Positions 18,002 to 26,942 of a stretch of 58,893 bases of DNA are shown here, piece by piece. Origin of the DNA: Pseudomonadota bacterium (GTDB lineage Bacteria > Pseudomonadota > Gammaproteobacteria > Burkholderiales > SG8-39); contig JBFLYF010000001.1 of assembly GCA_040756795.1 (NCBI GenBank), positions 1 to 58,893 of the forward strand, given 5' to 3'. The position numbers and the translations under genes are program-made. Every line of letters starts with the position of its first letter. The first letter of the stretch is position 1. The notes below the pieces were generated by a model. That model saw only the letters and a program-made list of their open reading frames with translations, did not search any database and had not been told where the DNA came from.

Positions 18002-18584
18002 TCGTCGCCGAGCGAACCGCCGCTTCCAGGGCGGGCAACAGCTTGGGGAAGTAGTAGGTGCGCGGCGCGCTGTAGGCCATGAGATACAGCTTCTGGTTCG
18101 CCACGGTGCCGTAGCCGACGCCGTTGAAGAGCAGGCTGTCCCCTTTGCGCTTCAGCTCGTATTCGAAGCGAAAGCCCTCGCCGCCGGCGAAGCGCGCGGG
18201 CTCGAGCCTGGCGAGCTTGAACAGCGACCCGTCCTGCGTCACCACGGTCTCGAACGCCTCGACGATCTCGTGCGGGGTCATCCTGAGGCGGAACTGCGGC
18301 ATCTTCTTCTGCGTGCGCGGCAGCGCCATGCCGATGGTCTCGCCGTCCGCGATGCCGAAATAGAACGCGAGCACGTCGAGCGTGAAGCCCTCGCGCGTCC
18401 AGATCTCGGTGGCGCCGGGGGCCTGGAAGAGCACGAGCGCGCTCGACTCGAAGCGGTTCCAGGGGCCGTCCAGGGCGATCTGCATGTCCTTGACCGTGAC
18501 GCTGCCGGGCCCGACCTTCGTGACGGTGGTGCAGGCCGACAGGAGCAGCAGCAGGAGCGCGATGAGCGCGGTGCGCAGGATCAT
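17991..18584 (-). CDS. Lipoprotein, function unknown (third gene of the M48 operon)
   Basis: MILRTALIALLLLLLSAC|TT lipobox, 197 aa. The ATG overlaps the stop of the upstream M48 gene (ATGA at 18581-18584). It is the only credible part of the 959-aa track ORF. Confidence 0.7.
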   Translation of the reverse strand: MILRTALIALLLLLLSACTTVTKVGPGSVTVKDMQIALDGPWNRFESSALVLFQAPGATEIWTREGFTLDVLAFYFGIADGETIGMALPRTQKKMPQFRLRMTPHEIVEAFETVVTQDGSLFKLARLEPARFAGGEGFRFEYELKRKGDSLLFNGVGYGTVANQKLYLMAYSAPRTYYFPKLLPALEAAVRSATIKR

Positions 18585-19753
18585 GAGCCGGTCCTTTTCA
18601 GATAGGTGCGGATGAGCGCGCCGTCGGGCGCGCCGGGCTTGAGCTCGAGGTAGCGCGCGAACGCGGCCTCGGCCTGCTGCGCCTCGCCGAGCTGGCGGTG
18701 GACGAGCCCGAGCGAGCGATACAGCTCGGCCGGCGTGCCTTTCATCGCCTCGGCGCGCCGGTAGGCGGCGACCGCCTGCTTCAGGTCCTCGTCCCCGGCG
18801 CGCAGCCGGTAGGCCTCGCCGAGGCTGTACTGCACCTCGCCGTCGTCGGGCAGGGCGGCGAGCATGCGCTCGAAGAGCACCCGCGTCTCGCCGAAGCTGC
18901 GGCGCTTGAGCTCGTCGGCGAGGAACTCGCTGCGGTGCTGCGCGAGCGCGGCGCGGTACTCGGTCTCGCCCGTGCGCCCCACCGCGCCGCGCGCGGCGGC
19001 GGCCTCGGCGAGCGTCTTCTGCCGCTCCTCGGCCGGCGGGTGCGTGGCGAAGAGCACGCTCTCGTTCCAGAACTCCTCGCGGTCCTGCGCGCCCGCCTTC
19101 AGCTCCTCGAGCAGCTGCGTCCACACGCGCGAAGCCTCGATCGGCGCGTAGCCGGCGCGCGCCATCAGCTCCAGGCCGACCTGGTCGGCCTCGCGCTCCT
19201 GGTCGCGGCTGTAGGCGAGCATGCCCGCGAGCAGCGCGAGCTGCGCGATGCTGCCGACGCCGCCCGCGCGCGCGAGCAGGATGCCGAGGAACTGGCCGAA
19301 GGCGCTCTTCGACTTGGCGTCGCGCAGGCGCTCGATCGAGTGCCGCCCGAGGTAATGCCCGATCTCGTGACCGAGGATCGCGGCGAGCTGCGCCTCGCTC
19401 GTCATGCGCAGCAGCAGCCCGGACCAGACCTGCATCATGCCGTTGGGCGCCATCGAGGCGTTGAAGTACGGCGTCTGCACCAGGTAGACGCGCACGTCGG
19501 GACAGTGCTCGCCCGCGAGCCTGCAGGCGATGCCGCTGACGTAATCCTGCAGCGCCTTGTCGCGGATCAGGAAGCCGCTGCGCCGCAGCTTCTGCTCCTC
19601 GCGGTCCATGAGCGCCCAGAGGCCGCCCTCGTCGCTGCCCGGCTCGGGCCGCTTGAAGCGGGGCGGGGCGCTCCACTGCGCGAGCGCGCCCGACCACGGC
19701 AAGGTCGCGAGCGCCGCGCAGCCGCAGCCGAGGACCAGGCGCCTGCGCAGCAC
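18581..19753 (-). CDS. M48 family zinc metalloprotease with C-terminal TPR repeats (BepA-like architecture)
   Basis: Signal peptide, HEIGHYLGRH (HExxH), downstream EREADQVGLELMARAGY, TPR-like C-terminus. GTG start. Confidence 0.85.
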   Translation of the reverse strand: MLRRRLVLGCGCAALATLPWSGALAQWSAPPRFKRPEPGSDEGGLWALMDREEQKLRRSGFLIRDKALQDYVSGIACRLAGEHCPDVRVYLVQTPYFNASMAPNGMMQVWSGLLLRMTSEAQLAAILGHEIGHYLGRHSIERLRDAKSKSAFGQFLGILLARAGGVGSIAQLALLAGMLAYSRDQEREADQVGLELMARAGYAPIEASRVWTQLLEELKAGAQDREEFWNESVLFATHPPAEERQKTLAEAAAARGAVGRTGETEYRAALAQHRSEFLADELKRRSFGETRVLFERMLAALPDDGEVQYSLGEAYRLRAGDEDLKQAVAAYRRAEAMKGTPAELYRSLGLVHRQLGEAQQAEAAFARYLELKPGAPDGALIRTYLKRTGS

Positions 19754-19756
19754 GCC

Positions 19757-20503
19757 CTACCAGTCCCGGATCGAGCGCGGCCGCGGCGCCGTCGATGGCG
19801 GGCCGGCCTGCTCGATCAGGCCCGTGAGCATCGCGTCCACGGTCTCCTGCGCCGGCTCCGCGGTGCGCAGGTCGCCCGTGGCGCGCAGCACGCGGTTCGC
19901 CCATACCACCTGGCCGCTCTTCAGGTCGACCAGCGAGACGAACGCGAACTGGATCTGGCCTCCCGCGATGCCCACGCCGAAGAGCGCGCCGATCACCATC
20001 GCCGCCTTGCGCTCCTCCGACAGGTAGCTGTCGCGGATGAACGTGAAGATCGCGTAGTCGGCGCCCGTCTTCTCGCGCACGTAGGACACGCCGGGCCCGA
20101 GCGACCAGTCGAGCTTGTCCTCCTTGGTGGGCAGCCCCATCAGCCCGAAGTGGTGGCTGGCGATCGCGCCGGCCACCGCGTTGTGCAGGCGGTTGAGCTC
20201 GAGCACCGGCTCGCTCGCGTCGTCCTCGAGCTCGGTGACCTTCAGCCCCAGCTTTTCCTTGCGCAGCCGGTAGGCGTTGCGCACGTGCTGCTGCGCGGCG
20301 GCGGTCCACTCGGCGCGCGGCTCTACGATGCCGCCGCCGCTCACCTCGAAGAGCTCGATATCCGCCGGCATGATCGCGACCCTGGCGCCCGGCGCGAGCT
20401 TGTCGAAGCCGGGCGCGCGGTTGGCCTTCTGCTGCGCCGCCGCCGGCGCGCACAGGACGAGCGCAACCAGCGCTGCAGGCAGGATTCGAAACGTGGACCT
20501 CAT
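19757..20503 (-). CDS. Secreted protein, function unknown (first gene of the M48 operon)
   Basis: Signal peptide MRSTFRILPAALVALVLCAPAAAQQ, GC3-rich, 248 aa. Its stop lies 3 nt before the M48 start. I recognise no family. Confidence 0.65.
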   Translation of the reverse strand: MRSTFRILPAALVALVLCAPAAAQQKANRAPGFDKLAPGARVAIMPADIELFEVSGGGIVEPRAEWTAAAQQHVRNAYRLRKEKLGLKVTELEDDASEPVLELNRLHNAVAGAIASHHFGLMGLPTKEDKLDWSLGPGVSYVREKTGADYAIFTFIRDSYLSEERKAAMVIGALFGVGIAGGQIQFAFVSLVDLKSGQVVWANRVLRATGDLRTAEPAQETVDAMLTGLIEQAGPPSTAPRPRSIRDW

Positions 20504-20570
20504 GGCAGCCCCCTGACCGCTCCGCGGTTATGATCGCACAAGCGACTTTGTTCCGGGAGGGGCTTCGAGG

Positions 20571-21668
20571 ATGGCCGCCACGCAGCGCTTGAGAATCGCC
20601 TCGCTCGCGGTGCGCGCGGTCGCGGCGCCGATGCGCCGGCCGCTCGCCACCTCGACCGGCGCGCTGACCGTCGCGCCGCTCGTGCTCCTCGACCTGAGAA
20701 CCGACGCGGGCATCGTCGGCCGGAGCTACCTGTTTGCGCTGGGAAAGCAGAACCTGAAGCCCATCGCCGCGCTCGCGGAGGCGATGGGCGGGATGCTCGA
20801 GGGCGACGCGGTGGCGCCCTTCGAGATCGAGAGAAAGCTGCGCGCGCGCTATACGCTGCTCGGCGTGCACAACATCGTGCTCTTCGCCATGGCCGGGATC
20901 GACATGTGCGCCTGGGACGCGCTCGGCCAGGCGCTCGGCGCGCCGGTGGCGCGGCTGCTCGGCGGAGCGCTCCAGCCGGTGCCTGCCTACAACTCGAAGG
21001 GGTTGGGCATCATGCCTCTGAAGCCCTTGATCAAAGAGGCTGTGGAGCTCGTAGAGGAGGGTTTCCCCGCTGTAAAGCTTCGTCTTGGCCGGCCGGACGC
21101 AAAGGCCGATCTCGAGGCGCTGCGCGCGGTGAAGAAGGCGATCGGGCCGGAGACCGCGCTGATGGTGGACTTCAACCAGGCGCTCACGGTGGCCGAGGCG
21201 CTGAGGCGCGGCCGCATGATCGACGACGAGGGCGGCGTTGTCTGGATCGAGGAGCCGGTGCGGGCGGACGATTTCGCCGGCTGCGCCACGCTAGCGCGCG
21301 AAATCAAAACGCCGATCCAGATCGGCGAGAACTTCATGGGCCCCGAGCAGATGGCGCAGGCGATCGCCGCGGGCGCCTGCGACTACGTGATGCCGGACGC
21401 GCAGAGGATCGGCGGCGTCACGGGCTGGATGCGCGCGGCGGCGCTCGCGCAGGGCGCGGGGCTGGAGATGTCGAGCCATCTTTTCCCCGAGGCGAGCTGC
21501 CAGCTGCTCGCGGTGACGCCTACGCGCCACTGGCTGGAGTACGTAGACTGGGCCGACCCCGTCCTGCAGGAACCGGTGAGGATCGAGAAAGGTTGCGCGG
21601 TTGGTCCGTCCGGGAATGGTTTTGGAATGAAATGGAATGAAAAGGCCGTAAAGCGATTCGCGGCATGA
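20571..21668 (+). CDS. Enolase-superfamily enzyme (mandelate racemase/muconate lactonizing family)
   Basis: AVKLRLGRPD, LMVDFNQA, WIEEP, IQIGEN metal-ligand/catalytic motif series. Confidence 0.85.
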   Translation: MAATQRLRIASLAVRAVAAPMRRPLATSTGALTVAPLVLLDLRTDAGIVGRSYLFALGKQNLKPIAALAEAMGGMLEGDAVAPFEIERKLRARYTLLGVHNIVLFAMAGIDMCAWDALGQALGAPVARLLGGALQPVPAYNSKGLGIMPLKPLIKEAVELVEEGFPAVKLRLGRPDAKADLEALRAVKKAIGPETALMVDFNQALTVAEALRRGRMIDDEGGVVWIEEPVRADDFAGCATLAREIKTPIQIGENFMGPEQMAQAIAAGACDYVMPDAQRIGGVTGWMRAAALAQGAGLEMSSHLFPEASCQLLAVTPTRHWLEYVDWADPVLQEPVRIEKGCAVGPSGNGFGMKWNEKAVKRFAA

Positions 21669-23341
21669 GCTTTTTCGACCGCCATTTCCCGCACTGGCCC
21701 CCGGCGGTGCCGAAGACGCTCGCGGTGCCGCGCACGAGCCTGTGCTACAACCTCGAGGTGAGCGCGCGGCGCTACCCGGACAAGGCCGCGATCCTCTACT
21801 ACGGCAGCACGCTCCCCTATGCCGCGCTCGAGCGCGAGGTCGCGGCGCTGGCGGGCTACCTGCAGGACCGCTGCGGCGTCGCGCGCGGCGACCGCGTGCT
21901 GCTCTACGCGCAGAACAGCCCCCAGTTCATCATCGGCTACTACGCCATCCTGCGCGCCGATGCGGTGGTGGTGCCGGTCAACCCGATGAACAAGAGCGAG
22001 GAGCTCGCGCACTACGTCGAGGACTCCGACGCGCGCACGGCGATCGCCGGACAGGAGCTGTACCCGGAGATCGAGCCCCATCTCGGCAAGGGAAGGACCG
22101 AGCACCTGATCCTCGCCGCCTACTCGGACTACCTGAAGGAAAAGACCGGCCTCAAGGTCCCGGAGGTCGTGCGCCAGGCGGCTTTCGATCCGGGTCGCTC
22201 CGGGGTCGCGGCGTGGACGAAGTGCATCGCCGAAGGAAGAACCCCGAAACCGCACCAATCCGGTCCCGACGACCTGGCGGTGCTGCCCTACACCTCGGGG
22301 ACCACGGGTCGCCCGAAGGGCTGCATGCTGACGCACGCGAACCTGCTCGCCACCAGCACCGGCGGCTGCGCCTGGTCGCAGACCTCGAGCGAGGCGGTCG
22401 TGCTCGGCGTGCTGCCGATGTTCCACCTCACCGGCATGCAGGCGAACATGAACATCCCGATCCAGCTCGGCGGGGCGAGCGTGCTGATGACGCGCTGGGA
22501 CCGCGACACCGCGGCCGAGCTGATCCAGCGCCACCGCGTCACGGCCATCACCGGGATCACGACCATGATCGTGGACTTCCTCGCCAACCCGGATCTCGGC
22601 AGGTACGACCTCTCGTCGCTCGCGCGCATCGGCGGCGGCGGCGCCGCGATGCCCGAGGCGCTCGCCGCTCGGATCGAGAGCACCTTCGGCATGCCGTTCC
22701 TCGAGGGCTACGGCCTCACCGAAACCGCAGCCCCTACGCACGTCAACCCGGTTCACAGGCCCAAGCGCCAGTGCGCCGGCATCCCGTACTTCGACACCGA
22801 CGCGCGCGTCATCGACCCCGACACGCGCCGCGAGTGCGGCCCGGGCGAGGTGGGCGAGATCATCGTGCACGGCCCGCAGGTGTTCCGCGGCTACTGGAAG
22901 CAGGAACGAGCGACTGCCGAAGCCTTCCTCGAGCACGACGGCAAGCGGTTCTTCCGCACCGGCGACCTCGGTTACTACGACGAGGAAGGCTATTTCTTCA
23001 TCACCGACCGCCTGAAGCGCATGATCAACTGCTCGGGCTTCAAGGTCTGGCCGGCCGAGGTCGAGGCGATGCTCTACGCGCACCCCGACATCCAGGAGGC
23101 CTGCGTGATCGCGGCGAAGGACGCGCACCGCGGCGAGACCGTGAAGGCGGTGGTGGTGCTCAAGGCCGCGGCGCGCGGCAAGGTCTCACCCGAATCGATC
23201 ACCGCCTGGGCGCGCGAGAAGATGGCCGCCTTCAAGGTGCCGCGCCAGGTCGAGTTCGTGGAGGCGCTGCCCAAGACCGCGACCGGCAAGGTGTTCTGGA
23301 GGAAGCTCCAGGAGGAGGAAAACCGGAGGACGAGCCCATGA
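21665..23341 (+). CDS. Long-chain fatty acid-CoA ligase (AMP-forming adenylating enzyme)
   Basis: LPYTSGTTGRPKGCMLTH AMP-binding motif, GYGLTE, FRTGDLG, PKTATGKV. ATGA overlap with the enolase-family stop. Confidence 0.9.
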   Translation: MSFFDRHFPHWPPAVPKTLAVPRTSLCYNLEVSARRYPDKAAILYYGSTLPYAALEREVAALAGYLQDRCGVARGDRVLLYAQNSPQFIIGYYAILRADAVVVPVNPMNKSEELAHYVEDSDARTAIAGQELYPEIEPHLGKGRTEHLILAAYSDYLKEKTGLKVPEVVRQAAFDPGRSGVAAWTKCIAEGRTPKPHQSGPDDLAVLPYTSGTTGRPKGCMLTHANLLATSTGGCAWSQTSSEAVVLGVLPMFHLTGMQANMNIPIQLGGASVLMTRWDRDTAAELIQRHRVTAITGITTMIVDFLANPDLGRYDLSSLARIGGGGAAMPEALAARIESTFGMPFLEGYGLTETAAPTHVNPVHRPKRQCAGIPYFDTDARVIDPDTRRECGPGEVGEIIVHGPQVFRGYWKQERATAEAFLEHDGKRFFRTGDLGYYDEEGYFFITDRLKRMINCSGFKVWPAEVEAMLYAHPDIQEACVIAAKDAHRGETVKAVVVLKAAARGKVSPESITAWAREKMAAFKVPRQVEFVEALPKTATGKVFWRKLQEEENRRTSP

Positions 23342-23769
23342 AATCGTGGTTTTTTCTCTTGCTGGTTTTTCTCTCCTTCCCCGCTTTTTCGCAAATACAA
23401 ATCGACAAGCCCTGGGCGCGCGCCACGGCGCCGGGCGCGAAGGTCGCCGGCGGCTACATGATCATCCGCAACCAGGGCGCGGCGGCCGAGCGCCTGGTCG
23501 GCGCCTCGTCGCCCGCGGCAGCGCGCGTGGAGATGCACGTGCATGTCAACGAGGGCGGCGTCATGAAAATGCGCGAGGTCCCCGGCTACGACGTGCCGGC
23601 GAAGGGCAGCTTCGAGCTCAAGCCCGGCGGCGCGCACCTCATGTTCATGGACGTCAGGCGGCCCTTCAAGGAAGGCGAGAAGGTGCCGGTGAAGCTCAGG
23701 TTCGAGAAGGCCGGGGAGGTGAACGCCGAGTTTCAAGTCGGCCGTCTCGGAGCGTCCGCACCGCGCTAA
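23338..23769 (+). CDS. Periplasmic copper chaperone PCu(A)C (DUF461)
   Basis: Signal peptide MKSWFFLLLVFLSFPAFSQ. The Cu(I) motif H-X10-M-X21-H-X-M is intact (MHVHVNEGGVMKM...GGAHLM). ATG overlaps the ligase stop (ATGA at 23338-23341). Confidence 0.8.
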   Translation: MKSWFFLLLVFLSFPAFSQIQIDKPWARATAPGAKVAGGYMIIRNQGAAAERLVGASSPAAARVEMHVHVNEGGVMKMREVPGYDVPAKGSFELKPGGAHLMFMDVRRPFKEGEKVPVKLRFEKAGEVNAEFQVGRLGASAPR

Positions 23770-24560
23770 TCGAGACCCTGCATCTTCGGATCGGCCAGGA
23801 TCTGCGTCCGCAGCCGCCGCATCCCTTTTAGCCACCGGTCCCGATCGGAGGCCTTCCTTTGCTCGTACTCGGCGACCTCGGGGTGCGGCAGGATGAGGAA
23901 GCGTTCGGCTTCGATCGCTTCGACCACGCGCGCCGCGACGTCCTCGGCGCTGACCGAACCCTCCGAGAGGAAGGACTTCCGGTCCCCCGTAGGGCCGAGC
24001 AGCATCGGCGTCCTCACGCCCTGCGGGCAGAGGCAGGAGACCTTGATGCCGCGCTCGCCGTAGTTGACCGCGAGCCACTCGGCGAACGCGACCGCGGCGT
24101 GCTTGGAAACGGTGTAGGTGGCCGAGTCGACCTGCATCAGCAGGCCCGCCGCGGAGGCGGTGGCGACGATGTAGCCGCCGCCCTGCTTCAGCATCACCGG
24201 CACCACGGCGCGCGCGGCGAGCACATGCGCCATGAAATTGACGTCCATGGTGCGCCGCCAGTCCTTGAGCGACGCATCCAGCCCGTGCCGCCCGATGATG
24301 CCGGCGTTGGAGCAGAAGAGGTCGACCGCGCCGTAGCGCTCGAGCGCGGCCACCACCAGCTCGTTCATGTCGCCTTCCTGCGCCACGTCGCAGCGCAGGC
24401 CGAGTCCGCCGACCCCGGCGGCGACCGCCTTGGCGTTGGATTCCATGAGATCGGCGCACACCACGCCGCGCGCGCCCTCTTTGGCGAGGCGCTCGGCGAG
24501 CGCTCTTCCGATGCCGCTGCCCGCGCCGGTGACGACGCACACCTTGCCTGCAATCTTCAT
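23766..24560 (-). CDS. SDR family oxidoreductase
   Basis: MKIAGKVCVVTGAGSGIGRALA, SNAG, YTVSKHA. Confidence 0.88.
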   Translation of the reverse strand: MKIAGKVCVVTGAGSGIGRALAERLAKEGARGVVCADLMESNAKAVAAGVGGLGLRCDVAQEGDMNELVVAALERYGAVDLFCSNAGIIGRHGLDASLKDWRRTMDVNFMAHVLAARAVVPVMLKQGGGYIVATASAAGLLMQVDSATYTVSKHAAVAFAEWLAVNYGERGIKVSCLCPQGVRTPMLLGPTGDRKSFLSEGSVSAEDVAARVVEAIEAERFLILPHPEVAEYEQRKASDRDRWLKGMRRLRTQILADPKMQGLD

Positions 24561-24589
24561 GAATTAATTGTTCCATACAATGCCGGTCT

Positions 24590-25252
24590 ATGGCGGAACT
24601 GTTTCTGGTGCGGCACGCGCAGGCTTCTTTCGGCGCCGACGACTACGACCGGCTCTCCGAGCTCGGCTGGCGGCAGGCGCGCTGGCTCGGGGAGCATTTC
24701 GCCGCGCGCGGCCTCGCGTTCGACCGCATCGTGCGCGGCACGCTCAGACGCCATGCCGAGACGCTCGCCGGCATCTGCGAGGCGATGGGGATCGAGCCGT
24801 CGTGCGAGGAGCGGCCGGGCCTCGACGAGTACGACAGCCTGGCGCTGCTGCATGCGCACACCGGAGAGGAGAGCCTGCGCCAGGGCGGCGCGCAGCGCGA
24901 GCATTTCCGGGTGCTGCGCGAGGCGCTCTATGCCTGGACCGAGGGCTCGCTCCCGGCGAAGGGGCATCTGCCTTTCGCCGAGTTCCGCGCCGGGGTGCTG
25001 GAAGTGCTCGAGGAAGTGCGCGCGAGCGGCGCAAGGCGCGTGCTGGTGGTGAGCTCCGGGGGCCCGATCTCGACGATCATGGCCGAAGTGCTGAAGATGC
25101 CGGCGCGCGGCGTGGTCGACTTGAACCTGCGCACGCGCAACACGGGGGTGAGCGAGTTCCACTTCAACGCGCGCGCCATCCACTGCGTCAGCTTCAACGC
25201 CGTGCCGCACCTCGAGCGGCCCGACCGGCCCGAGGCGATCACCTACGCCTGA
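24590..25252 (+). CDS. Histidine phosphatase family protein (phosphoglycerate-mutase-like)
   Basis: MAELFLVRHAQASF (RHG-type motif), SGGPIST downstream. Confidence 0.8.
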   Translation: MAELFLVRHAQASFGADDYDRLSELGWRQARWLGEHFAARGLAFDRIVRGTLRRHAETLAGICEAMGIEPSCEERPGLDEYDSLALLHAHTGEESLRQGGAQREHFRVLREALYAWTEGSLPAKGHLPFAEFRAGVLEVLEEVRASGARRVLVVSSGGPISTIMAEVLKMPARGVVDLNLRTRNTGVSEFHFNARAIHCVSFNAVPHLERPDRPEAITYA

Positions 25253-25258
25253 GCCGGT

Positions 25259-26278
25259 CTACGGCCCCGGCGCGAGCAGGTGCCGTCCCAGCCACCACGC
25301 CGCGCCGGCGATGAAGGCCGAGCAGGGGATGGTCAGGATCCAGGCCCAGACGATGGTGCCCGCGACGCCCCAGCGCACCGCGGAGGCGTTCTGCGCGGAG
25401 CCGACGCCGACGATCGCACCGGTGATGGTGTGCGTGGTCGAGACCGGGATGCCGAACCCCGTGGCGAGGAACAGCATCATCGCCCCGCCGGTCTCGGCGC
25501 AGCAGCCGCCGACCGGCTTGAGCTTGGTGATCCTCTGCCCCATGGTCTTGACGATGCGCCAGCCGCCGAACGCGGTGCCGAGCGCGATCGTGATGTAGCA
25601 GGCCGCCACGACCCAGACCGGCACCGGGTCCTTGCCGCCGAGGTAGCCGGCGGCGATCAGCAGCATCCAGATGATGCCCACCGTCTTCTGCGCGTCGTTG
25701 CCGCCGTGGCCGAGCGAGTAGAGCGACGAGGACAGCAGCTGCAGGCGCCGGAACCAGCGGTCGACGCGGCTCGGCGGGGTGCGCACGAACAGCCAGGCGG
25801 TCAGCAGCATCAGCGCCGCGCCGAAGAGCATGCCGAGCAGCGGAGAGATGAAGATGAACGCGACCGTCTTCAGCAGCCCGGCCGGCACCAGCGCCCAGGT
25901 GCCCGCCTTGGCGACCGCTGCCCCGACCAGGCCGCCGATCAGCGCGTGCGAGGAGGACGAGGGGATGCCGTACCACCAGGTGATCACGTTCCAGGCGATC
26001 GCGCCGACCAGCGCGCCGAAGACCAGGTAGTGATCCACCACGCCCTGGTCGACGATGCCGCGCCCGACCGTGGTGGCGACCTTGAGCTGGAAGACGAACA
26101 GGGCGACGAAATTGAAGAAGGCCGCGAGCACCACCGCCTGGTAGGGCGTGAGCACGCGCGTCGAGACCACGGTCGCGATCGAGTTGGCCGCGTCGTGAAA
26201 GCCGTTCATGAAATCGAACGCGAGCGCCACGAGCACCAGCGCGATCACCACGCCGAGCGCGAGCGGCGAGGCCTCCAC
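25259..26278 (-). CDS. pit: Inorganic phosphate transporter, PiT family
   Basis: FDFMNGFHDAANSIATVV and HGGNDAQKTVGII signature repeats; polytopic. Confidence 0.92.
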   Translation of the reverse strand: MEASPLALGVVIALVLVALAFDFMNGFHDAANSIATVVSTRVLTPYQAVVLAAFFNFVALFVFQLKVATTVGRGIVDQGVVDHYLVFGALVGAIAWNVITWWYGIPSSSSHALIGGLVGAAVAKAGTWALVPAGLLKTVAFIFISPLLGMLFGAALMLLTAWLFVRTPPSRVDRWFRRLQLLSSSLYSLGHGGNDAQKTVGIIWMLLIAAGYLGGKDPVPVWVVAACYITIALGTAFGGWRIVKTMGQRITKLKPVGGCCAETGGAMMLFLATGFGIPVSTTHTITGAIVGVGSAQNASAVRWGVAGTIVWAWILTIPCSAFIAGAAWWLGRHLLAPGP

Positions 26279-26279
26279 C

Positions 26280-26906
26280 CTAGGAGTTCTCGAGGACGAT
26301 GCCCTCGATCACGTTGGCGACGTCCTCGCAGCGGTCGGTGATGGTCTCGAGCAGGTCGTAGATGGCGCGCAGCTTGATCACCTGCTTGACGTCGGGCTCG
26401 TCGCGGAAGAGCTTCGACATCGCCGCGCGCATTACCCGGTCGGCGTCGGACTCCAGGCGGTCGATCTCGTGGCAGGTCTTGAGGATCGCCTCCGACTGCT
26501 TGACGTTCTTCAGCAGCTGCACGGCGCTCTTCACGCGCTCGCAGCACATCTGGCAGATCTCGGCGAGCTGCTTCGCCTCGGGCGTCACCCTGCGGATGTC
26601 GTAGAGCACCACCGACTCGGCGACGTCCTGCATCAGGTCCAGGATGTCGTCCATCGAGGTGATCAGGGTATGGATCTGGTCACGGTCGAACGGCGTGATG
26701 AAGGTCTTGTGCAGCAGGGTGATGGTCTCGTGCGTGATCTTGTCGGCGGCGCGCTCGGCGCTGTCGATGTCCTGGGCGTGCTTCTCCAGGTCGCTGAACG
26801 TCGTGATCATCGAGGCGAGCTGGCGGCTGCCCTCGACGATGCGCTCGGCGTGCTGGTTGAACAGCTCGAAGAAGTTGCCCTCGCGGGGCATCAGGCGGCC
26901 GAACAT
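26280..26906 (-). CDS. DUF47/TIGR00153 PhoU-like protein (PiT accessory)
   Basis: MFGRLMPREGNFFELFNQHAERIVEG... Typical partner located directly upstream of pit (1-nt gap). Confidence 0.85.
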   Translation of the reverse strand: MFGRLMPREGNFFELFNQHAERIVEGSRQLASMITTFSDLEKHAQDIDSAERAADKITHETITLLHKTFITPFDRDQIHTLITSMDDILDLMQDVAESVVLYDIRRVTPEAKQLAEICQMCCERVKSAVQLLKNVKQSEAILKTCHEIDRLESDADRVMRAAMSKLFRDEPDVKQVIKLRAIYDLLETITDRCEDVANVIEGIVLENS

Positions 26907-26942
26907 GGCGCCCGATTGTAATGTTTCTGCAATAACCTGCTT

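Noticed and set aside
17991-20870. 959-aa minus-strand ORF
   Set aside because: Only its last 197 codons (a lipoprotein with a lipobox, start 18584) look real. The rest runs out of frame through the M48 protease and secreted-protein genes and has Arg/Ala/Gly-rich junk composition.
21742-23769. 675-aa + strand ORF overlapping the acyl-CoA ligase
   Set aside because: It is an off-frame read-through of the ligase gene. Only the final 143 codons (from the ATG at 23338) encode a recognisable protein (PCuAC).
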